A DNA stretch of 30,603 bases from Candidatus Methylomirabilia bacterium. GTDB taxonomy: Bacteria; Methylomirabilota; Methylomirabilia; Rokubacteriales; CSP1-6. Of this stretch, positions 23,971-30,603 are shown in pieces. Below the pieces are notes generated by a model. It was not told the origin of the DNA. It did no database searches and saw only the letters and a program-made list of their open reading frames with translations. Location: assembly GCA_046758965.1 (NCBI GenBank), contig JBHIBG010000028.1, positions 1 to 30,603 of the forward strand, in the 5' to 3' direction. How positions within the stretch are numbered: position 1 is the stretch's first letter; the number at the start of each line of letters is the position of its first letter. A program made the translations under genes and the position numbers.

Positions 23971-26913
23971 ATGGACCGCCGGCAGTTTTTTCAGATCGTC
24001 GCGTCGAGCGCGGCCGCCGCGGGCTGCGGGCGGTCCACCGAGCAGATTCTCCCGTACGTGATTCCGCCGGAGAACCTGGTCCCCGGTGTCGCCTCCTGGT
24101 TCTCCACCGTCTGCCGCGAATGCCCGGCGGGCTGCGGGGTCATCGCCCGGAACCGAGACGGGCGCAGCGTCAAGCTCGAGGGAAACCCTGACCATCCCGT
24201 CAACCGAGGTACCCTCTGCATCCGAGGGCAGTCAGGCCTGCAGAGCCTCTACAACCCCGACCGGATTCGGGGCCCCCTCGTCCGGGATTCCGCGGGGAAC
24301 CTGGAGCCCAGGGCGTGGGAGGAGGCAGAGAAGCGTCTCGCTGAGAAACTTCTCGGGCTGATACAGGCCGGGCGGGGAAACAAGGTGGCAGTGCTCTCGC
24401 ATCTCGAGACCGGAAGCCTCGGCCGGCTGACGGACCGGTGGGCCCAGGCTCTCGGCCTCCGGAGCCGGGTCAGCTATGAGCCCTTTGCCTACGAGGCGAT
24501 CCGGACCGCCAATCGTCTGACCTTCGGGCGAAACGCCATTCCCGAGTATGCGTTCGACAGCGCCCGCCTTCTGCTCTCCTTCGGCGCCGATTTCTTGGAG
24601 ACCTGGCTCTCTCCGGCGGCCTACGCGGGCGCCTTCGCCCGGATGCACACGCTCCGGCACGGCGAGGCCGGCACCTTCATCCACGTGGAGCCTCGCCTCT
24701 CCCTGACGGCCGCCAATGCCGATGAATGGGTCCGAAACGCTCCGGGAACTGAAGGGATGCTGGCGCTCGCCATGCTTCGCGTCATCGTTGATGAGGGGCT
24801 CCAGGCGCGCGGGGTGGACGCCGGGGCGCTGAGGGCTGCGGTGAAGGGTGTAGAACTCGAAGCCGTGGCGGCGGCCTCTGAGGTCTCCGTCGAGGCGATC
24901 AGGCAGATTGCTCGGAGGATGGCTACCGCGCGACCGAGCCTCGCCGTGGGGGGAGGGGTCGCCGTGAGCGGTCGCAACGCCGCTCACACGCAAGTCGCGA
25001 TCAACCTTCTGAACTATGCCGTCGGGAACCTCGGCAAGACCGTGCGGTTCGGTCCTGACTCCGCCTTGGGGAAAGTGAGTCCCTACCGCGATGTTCTCGG
25101 ACTCACCCAAGCCATGGCGCGCGGCGAGGTCGAGGTGCTCCTGCTCATCCACGTGAACCCGCTCTTCACCCTCCCGACCTCGGCGAAGTTCGCGGAGGCC
25201 CTGGCCAAGGTGCCCTTGGTGGTGAGCTTCGCCAACCAACTGGACGAGACGACAGCCACAGCCCATCTCGTGTTCCCGGACCTCCATTGGCTGGAGGCGT
25301 GGGGCGACTTCTCGCCGCGGGAAGGCGTCCACGGGCTCATCCAGCCGACCATGGCCACTGTGCCGGGCTACGAGGCCAGGGCGGTGGGCGATGTGCTCCT
25401 CGCGGTGGGGAAGGCCGTCCTGGGGAGTCCGGCGCTCCCCTGGGGGAGTTTCCAGGAGTATCTCAAGGAGCGGTGGAAAGCCCTGGCCCGGACAGTTGCA
25501 CCGGGGATGCCCTTCGAGACGTTCTGGGAGGAGTCCCTCCGTCGGGGCGGTGTCTGGAAGAGCGTTCCGGCTGCTCCGGTTCGGCTCCGTGCGAGGGTGG
25601 TTCGGGTGGCGGCTGAGGCACCGAAGCTGGACGGGAGAAGCGAGGACCTGGCGCTTCTCGCCTGTCCGTCCCTCCGCTTCTACGACGGCCGTGGGGCAAA
25701 CAAGTCCTGGCTCCAGGAAGCTCCCGACTCCATGACCCAGGCCTCGTGGGATTCCTGGGTGGAGGTCCCCGCTGAGAAAGCCAGGGCATTGGGCGTGGTT
25801 GAAGGGGATGTGGTGGCGGTCACCTCGCGCCAGGGCTCGGTTGAACTTCCTGCCGTGCTCTCCCAGAGCCTCCATCCGGGGGCCGTGGCGATCCCCATTG
25901 GCCAGGGGCACACGGCCTACGGGCGATACGCCAAAGGGCGGGGGGCCAACCCCATTTCACTGCTCGCTTCTGCCCCCGAGACGCTCTCCGGGGGGCTCCC
26001 GTGGCTTTCGGTCCGGGTCATGCTGACGAAGACCGGCCGCCGGCAGCCGCTGGCTTCACCCCAGGCCACCTCCGACCAAGATCATCGTGAGGTCGCGCAG
26101 CATATCGACCTCGCCGCGGCTCGGGAGCTGGAGCTGCGGGGCCGCCCTCCGGAGCACGCCAACCTGCCGAGCATGTACCCGAACGTCGTCTATCCCGAGC
26201 ACCGGTGGGGGATGGCCATTGACCTGGACTCATGCATCGGCTGCCAGGCTTGCGTCGTGGCCTGCCAGGCTGAGAACAACGTGCCGGTGGTGGGGCAGGC
26301 GGAGGTCGCCTACGGGCGCATCATGCACTGGATCCGGGTGGAGCGATGGTGGGAGGGCGCCCCGAGCCACCCCACGACCCTCTTCCTTCCCATGCTCTGC
26401 CAGCAGTGCGACGTGGCGCCGTGCGAGCCGGTCTGCCCGGTCTTCGCGAGCTACCACACCAAGGAGGGGCTGAACGCCCAGGTCTACAACCGCTGCGTGG
26501 GGACCCGCTACTGCAACAACAACTGCCCGTACCACGTCCGGAAGTTCAACTTCGCCAAGTACCCGTTCCCCGACCCGCTGCCGTTTCAGCTGAATCCTGA
26601 CGTCACCGCCCGCCAGGCCGGCGTCATGGAGAAGTGCACCTTCTGCGTGCAGCGGATCATGGCGGGCAAAGACCGCGCCAAGGACGAGCGACGGACGGTC
26701 AAAGACGGTGACATCGTGCCAGCCTGCCAGCAGACGTGCCCCACCCAGGCCATCGTGTTCGGGGACCTCAAAGACCCCGGGAGCCGCGCGTCCGAGCTCG
26801 CCAGATCCGCGCGCGGCTATCACGTGCTGGGGGAGCTGGGAACGCGCTCTGCCATCACCTACCTGAAGAAGGTGACCCGGGAGCCTCATGCGACGGAGGT
26901 CAAGGGCGGATGA
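23971..26913 (+). CDS. actB: Alternative complex III subunit B (molybdopterin-oxidoreductase-like domain fused to Fe-S domain), Tat lipoprotein
   Basis: MDRRQF..AAAGC Tat plus lipobox; KLEGNPDHP; WLQEAPD; C-terminal CIGCQACVVAC, CQQC..PCEPVC, CVGTRYC..NCPY, EKCTFC..ACQQTCP. Confidence 0.92.
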   Translation: MDRRQFFQIVASSAAAAGCGRSTEQILPYVIPPENLVPGVASWFSTVCRECPAGCGVIARNRDGRSVKLEGNPDHPVNRGTLCIRGQSGLQSLYNPDRIRGPLVRDSAGNLEPRAWEEAEKRLAEKLLGLIQAGRGNKVAVLSHLETGSLGRLTDRWAQALGLRSRVSYEPFAYEAIRTANRLTFGRNAIPEYAFDSARLLLSFGADFLETWLSPAAYAGAFARMHTLRHGEAGTFIHVEPRLSLTAANADEWVRNAPGTEGMLALAMLRVIVDEGLQARGVDAGALRAAVKGVELEAVAAASEVSVEAIRQIARRMATARPSLAVGGGVAVSGRNAAHTQVAINLLNYAVGNLGKTVRFGPDSALGKVSPYRDVLGLTQAMARGEVEVLLLIHVNPLFTLPTSAKFAEALAKVPLVVSFANQLDETTATAHLVFPDLHWLEAWGDFSPREGVHGLIQPTMATVPGYEARAVGDVLLAVGKAVLGSPALPWGSFQEYLKERWKALARTVAPGMPFETFWEESLRRGGVWKSVPAAPVRLRARVVRVAAEAPKLDGRSEDLALLACPSLRFYDGRGANKSWLQEAPDSMTQASWDSWVEVPAEKARALGVVEGDVVAVTSRQGSVELPAVLSQSLHPGAVAIPIGQGHTAYGRYAKGRGANPISLLASAPETLSGGLPWLSVRVMLTKTGRRQPLASPQATSDQDHREVAQHIDLAAARELELRGRPPEHANLPSMYPNVVYPEHRWGMAIDLDSCIGCQACVVACQAENNVPVVGQAEVAYGRIMHWIRVERWWEGAPSHPTTLFLPMLCQQCDVAPCEPVCPVFASYHTKEGLNAQVYNRCVGTRYCNNNCPYHVRKFNFAKYPFPDPLPFQLNPDVTARQAGVMEKCTFCVQRIMAGKDRAKDERRTVKDGDIVPACQQTCPTQAIVFGDLKDPGSRASELARSARGYHVLGELGTRSAITYLKKVTREPHATEVKGG

Positions 26914-28247
26914 GCCGGAGCGCGGTGGCGCAGCCGACTTACGGGGACGTCAACCGGGACGTCATCCGGACGCTGTGGGCCCCGTCCAACCGCTACTACG
27001 CCTGGATGTCGGTGATCGGGCTCACGCTGGCCGCGGCGATCCTGGTCTGGAGCTACCAGATCTACACCGGCCTGTGGGTCACCGGCTACCGGAACCCGCA
27101 GATGTGGGCCTTCTACATCACGAACTTCGTCTTCTGGATCGGGATCGGGCACGCCGGAACGCTCATCTCGGCCATCCTCTACCTCTTCCGGGCCCGCTGG
27201 CGCACGTCCATCTACCGGGCGGCAGAGATCATGACGGTCTTCGCGGTGATGACCGCCGGACTTTTCCCTGTGATCCACGTGGGCCGGATGTGGTTCGCAT
27301 ACTGGCTCCTGCCGTACCCGAACCAGCGCTACCTGTGGCCGAACTTCCGCTCGCCGCTGCTCTGGGACGTGTTTGCCATCTCGACCTATCTCACCATCAG
27401 CATGGTCTTCCTCTACGTCGGGCTGATCCCGGACATCGCGGCAGTCCGCGACGCTTCCACCGGCTGGAAGAGGAGGGTCTATGGCCTCCTCGCCCTAGGC
27501 TGGGAGGGCTCGGACCTTCAGTGGCGGCACTACCGTCGCGCGTACGGCATTCTGGCCGCGTTGGCCACGCCTCTCGTGGTGTCGGTCCACAGCGTGGTCT
27601 CCTGGGACTTCGCCATGGCGCTGGTTCCTGGCTGGCATTCGACCCTCTTCGCCCCGTTCTTCGTGAATGGCGCCATCTTCTCGGGCTTCGCCATGGTGCT
27701 GGTGCTGGTGATCCCCATGCGGAGGATCTTCGACCTCTATCCCTACATCCAGGAGAAGCACATGGACGCCATGGGGAAGCTGATCCTCGTGACCAGCCTG
27801 GTCCTGAGCTACTTTTACGTCTGTGAGGCTTTCACCGCGTGGTACAGCGCCGACCACTTCGAGCGCGCCTCTCTCTTCTGGAAGGCCACCGGCCCGTACT
27901 GGTGGACCTTCTGGTTCCAGTACGTGTGCAACTCGCTGGCGCCCCTGGTGCTCTTCTTCCGTCGGGCCCGGGTTCACACTCCGACGCTCTTCATCGTCTC
28001 GGTCCTGGTCCTGATCGGGATGTGGCTCGAGCGCTTCAACATCATCGTCGTCTCCCTCGGCCACGGCTTCTATCCGTACACCTGGGGAATCTACATCGCG
28101 AGCCTGACCGAAGCGGTCATCACCGTCGGAAGCTTCGCGTGGTTCTTCATCCTCTTTCTCGGCTTCATCAAGGTGCTTCCCTCGGTGTCGATCGTCGAGG
28201 TCAAGGAGACCATCCCCCACCCGGTTCGCAGCGGAGGTCACGCCTGA
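26910..28247 (+). CDS. actC: Alternative complex III NrfD-like quinol-site subunit C
   Basis: ITNFVFWIGIGHAGTLISA, IHVGR, NFRSPLLWD, SVHSVVSWDFA, GMWLERF; ATGA overlap with actB. Confidence 0.93.
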   Translation: MSRSAVAQPTYGDVNRDVIRTLWAPSNRYYAWMSVIGLTLAAAILVWSYQIYTGLWVTGYRNPQMWAFYITNFVFWIGIGHAGTLISAILYLFRARWRTSIYRAAEIMTVFAVMTAGLFPVIHVGRMWFAYWLLPYPNQRYLWPNFRSPLLWDVFAISTYLTISMVFLYVGLIPDIAAVRDASTGWKRRVYGLLALGWEGSDLQWRHYRRAYGILAALATPLVVSVHSVVSWDFAMALVPGWHSTLFAPFFVNGAIFSGFAMVLVLVIPMRRIFDLYPYIQEKHMDAMGKLILVTSLVLSYFYVCEAFTAWYSADHFERASLFWKATGPYWWTFWFQYVCNSLAPLVLFFRRARVHTPTLFIVSVLVLIGMWLERFNIIVVSLGHGFYPYTWGIYIASLTEAVITVGSFAWFFILFLGFIKVLPSVSIVEVKETIPHPVRSGGHA

Positions 28248-28756
28248 TGGCTCAGGCTGCCACCATCGTCGGGGTGTTCGCTCACGTCGATACCACGGTC
28301 AGGGCCATCCACGACCTGCGGGCCCGCGGACTCTCGGACCTCACCGTGTACAGTCCGGTCCCCGTGGAGGAGATTCAGGAGGCCGTGGAGCATGGTCGGC
28401 CGGTCAGCCCGGTCCGCCTCTTCACCTTGGTCGGGGGGCTCACGGGGACGGCGACTGGCTTTGGCCTCACGATCTGGTCCTCGCTGAAATGGGGGATGAT
28501 CACGGGGGGCAAACCCGTGGTCTCGATCCCGCCGTTCGTGATTATCGCCTTCGAGCTGACCATCCTCCTGGGGGGACTCAGCACGCTGCTGGCGCTCCTG
28601 ATCTTGGGTCGGCTCCCCAAGTTCCGCCGCTCAACCGCCTATGACCCGCGCTTCTCGGCTGACCGGTTCGGCATCGCAGTGCGCTGCTCTCAGCTCCAGG
28701 TGAACACCGCCCGGCGATGCCTGAGCGAAGCGGGCGCGGAGGAGGTGCGAGGATGA
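28247..28756 (+). CDS. actD: Alternative complex III subunit D (DUF3341-like)
   Basis: YSPVP, GGKP....P.F..IAFELTIL, YDPRFSADRF, GAEEV; two TM helices. Confidence 0.88.
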   Translation: MAQAATIVGVFAHVDTTVRAIHDLRARGLSDLTVYSPVPVEEIQEAVEHGRPVSPVRLFTLVGGLTGTATGFGLTIWSSLKWGMITGGKPVVSIPPFVIIAFELTILLGGLSTLLALLILGRLPKFRRSTAYDPRFSADRFGIAVRCSQLQVNTARRCLSEAGAEEVRG

Positions 28757-29253
28757 AGTGGGTGTTCGTCCTCGTCCTGCTCATTATCATGGGCTCAGGC
28801 TTGGTATTGGGCGGGGTGGTGGCAATTCGCTGGAGCGACGACATGACCCAAACGGCGAACCTCATGCCCGGAGAACGGATCTTTGCCATGCCTACCGGAA
28901 CCGTTCCCCGAGGCGGGGAGCTGGCACTGCCGCGGGAAGAACGGGAGAGTGCGGCGAAGCGTCGGAACTCCGTCGAGGCGACGGCGGAGTCGGTGGCCGA
29001 GGGCGGGAAGCTCTACCGGATCTACTGCGCGCCCTGCCACGGGCCTGAGGGCAAGGGGGACGGGCCGGTCTCGCCCAAGTTCATTCCGCCTCCTGACATT
29101 ACCCACCCGTCCATTCAGCAGGTCCGGACCGACGGGTATATCCACCATGTGATCAGCAGTGGTGGAGCCGTGATGCCCGCCTACGGCGAGGCGCTCTCCC
29201 CAGAGGAGCGCTGGCACGTGGTGAACTACGTGCGGGCCCTGGCGAAGAAGTGA
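28753..29253 (+). CDS. actE: Alternative complex III monoheme cytochrome c subunit E
   Basis: MPTGTVPRG, YCAPCHG..G.GDG, DGYI...I..G...MPAY, ERWHVVNYVR. Confidence 0.88.
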   Translation: MKWVFVLVLLIIMGSGLVLGGVVAIRWSDDMTQTANLMPGERIFAMPTGTVPRGGELALPREERESAAKRRNSVEATAESVAEGGKLYRIYCAPCHGPEGKGDGPVSPKFIPPPDITHPSIQQVRTDGYIHHVISSGGAVMPAYGEALSPEERWHVVNYVRALAKK

Positions 29254-30356
29254 ACAGGCGCACGATACTCCTTCTGGCGGCGATCACTGCCGTCGGGGCG
29301 GCAGCGTTCCTCGTCGGGATCGGCCAGCCCCAGCCGATCCGAATCTGGTCCATCTACCTGGTCAACCTTCTCTTCTGGTCTGGCCTGGCCGTTGCCTGTC
29401 CTGCCATCGCGGGGATCATGGAGCTGATGGAAGCTCGCTGGTCTCCGAGCGTGAAGCAGATCGCGCTGACCACGGCAGGCTTTCTCCCCGTCTCGTTTGT
29501 CCTCCTCCTCGTGCTGTTTTTGGGCCGCACGGTCCTCTACTCATGGGTATCTGACCCGCTCCCGGCCAAGGCAGCCTGGCTCAACGTCCCGTTCATGGCG
29601 GCCCGGATCGGTCTGGGGGCGCTGATCCTCTACTCGATCGCCTGGAGCTTCGTCCGGGCGACGCTTCGCGAGGAGACCGGGAGCGAGACCGAGCGGCGGT
29701 CCAACCGCCGGCGCCGCAAGGCCCTGGCGACCGCCATGCTGATCCTCTTCGTGATGGTCCTCTCGCTCTTCGGCTTCGATCTGGTGATGTCCCTGGCCCC
29801 GGAGTGGTTCAGCGGCCTCTTCGGGGGATACTTCACCGTGAGTACCCTCTACACCGGGTTCGCGCTTCTGGCTGTGTTGGCAGCCTTCGCCAGCCGCTCC
29901 GGCGCCGCGAGGATCCCTCCGGCGGCGGTCCAGGATGTGGCCAAGCTGGTGTTTGCGACCTCGATCCTCTGGATGTACTTCTTCTGGTCACAGTACCTCG
30001 TGATCTGGTACGGAAACATCCCGATCGAGACCAAGTTCTTCATCGGCCGCTTCTTCAACGACCCGTGGCGCGTGCTGGCGTTCGTCATCTTTGCCATCGG
30101 TTGGATCATTCCGTTCGCCTACCTGCTGAAGCGCCTCACGGGCCGGCCGCCGGCGCGGCACGGTCCGCTGGTCTTCATCGCCCTCCTCGCGCTCGTCGCC
30201 ATCTTCCTGGAGCGCATCATGTTGGTCTTCCCCTCGGTGAGCGCTGAGGCGACCTTCCCCATCGGCCTCTCGGCGCTCCTCATCACGGCCGGCTTCTTCT
30301 CGCTGTTCGTCCTGAGCCGGATCTGGTTCGTCTCCCGCTACCAGCCCCGCCTGTAG
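29250..30356 (+). CDS. actF: Alternative complex III membrane subunit F
   Basis: About 10 TM helices; ARWS, DLVMSL.PEWFS.LFG, WMYFFWSQYLVIWYGNIPIE. Confidence 0.88.
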   Translation: MNRRTILLLAAITAVGAAAFLVGIGQPQPIRIWSIYLVNLLFWSGLAVACPAIAGIMELMEARWSPSVKQIALTTAGFLPVSFVLLLVLFLGRTVLYSWVSDPLPAKAAWLNVPFMAARIGLGALILYSIAWSFVRATLREETGSETERRSNRRRRKALATAMLILFVMVLSLFGFDLVMSLAPEWFSGLFGGYFTVSTLYTGFALLAVLAAFASRSGAARIPPAAVQDVAKLVFATSILWMYFFWSQYLVIWYGNIPIETKFFIGRFFNDPWRVLAFVIFAIGWIIPFAYLLKRLTGRPPARHGPLVFIALLALVAIFLERIMLVFPSVSAEATFPIGLSALLITAGFFSLFVLSRIWFVSRYQPRL

Positions 30357-30433
30357 TGCCGGACGGACCGAGCTCCCGGTGCCCTATGGGGCGCCTGTGC
30401 CTCTGGTAAGATAGGCGCTGGGAGGGAGCACCG

Positions 30434-30603
30434 GTGCTTTCCGTGGAAGAGGCCCTGGATCGCATGCTTTCGCGTGTGCCGTCCCTCGGCAGTGAGCGGG
30501 TTACCCTGCTGGCCGCCTTTGGCCGCGTGTTAGCCGAGCCGGTGATCTCCCATCGCGACATCCCGCCGTGGGCCAACTCCTCCATGGACGGCTTCGTGGT
30601 CTG
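30434..30603 (+). CDS. moeA: Molybdopterin molybdotransferase MoeA, N-terminal fragment (truncated by window edge)
   Basis: Manual translation MLSVEEALDRMLSRV..GRVLAEPV....DIPPWANSSMDGF; GGAGG SD; extended -10-like TGgTAAGAT at 30404-30412. Confidence 0.9.
   Translation, partial: MLSVEEALDRMLSRVPSLGSERVTLLAAFGRVLAEPVISHRDIPPWANSSMDGFVV

Noticed and set aside
1..30603. tRNA-Sec, sel genes, transposases, integrases, defence systems
   Set aside because: None recognised in the intergenic regions or ORFs by eye.

Overview
GC-rich bacterial chromosome segment devoted to respiratory and cofactor metabolism, with no mobile elements, CRISPR arrays, rRNA or tRNA seen. In order: the 3' end of asd, truA and a PTOX/alternative-oxidase-like diiron protein; a divergent Mrp/ApbC gene plus a hypothetical gene; a formate dehydrogenase cluster (HdrA/MvhD-like polyferredoxin, hypothetical, TorD-family chaperone, small acidic protein, small Tat protein, Tat-exported FdhA, FdhB); a module of a 58-aa membrane ORF, a monoheme cytochrome c, an FG-GAP propeller and a His-containing membrane protein; fdhD; a ccsA-like gene with hemACDB; a CymR-like regulator, cysK, a sulfur carrier and a JAMM peptidase inserted before hemL; a six-gene alternative complex III (actABCDEF); and the 5' end of moeA. 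The ORF track splits FdhA at an in-frame TGA that is a selenocysteine codon with a SECIS. Main hypothesis (inference): the periplasmic Sec-FDH has no cytochrome b gamma subunit in the window. It may pass electrons via cytochrome c to an ACIII with an atypical ActB (intact N-terminal Fe-S motif) running as a Qrc-like quinone reductase, with the PTOX-like enzyme as quinol sink and cofactor-supply genes co-located. All calls come from reading motifs by eye; no database searches were run.
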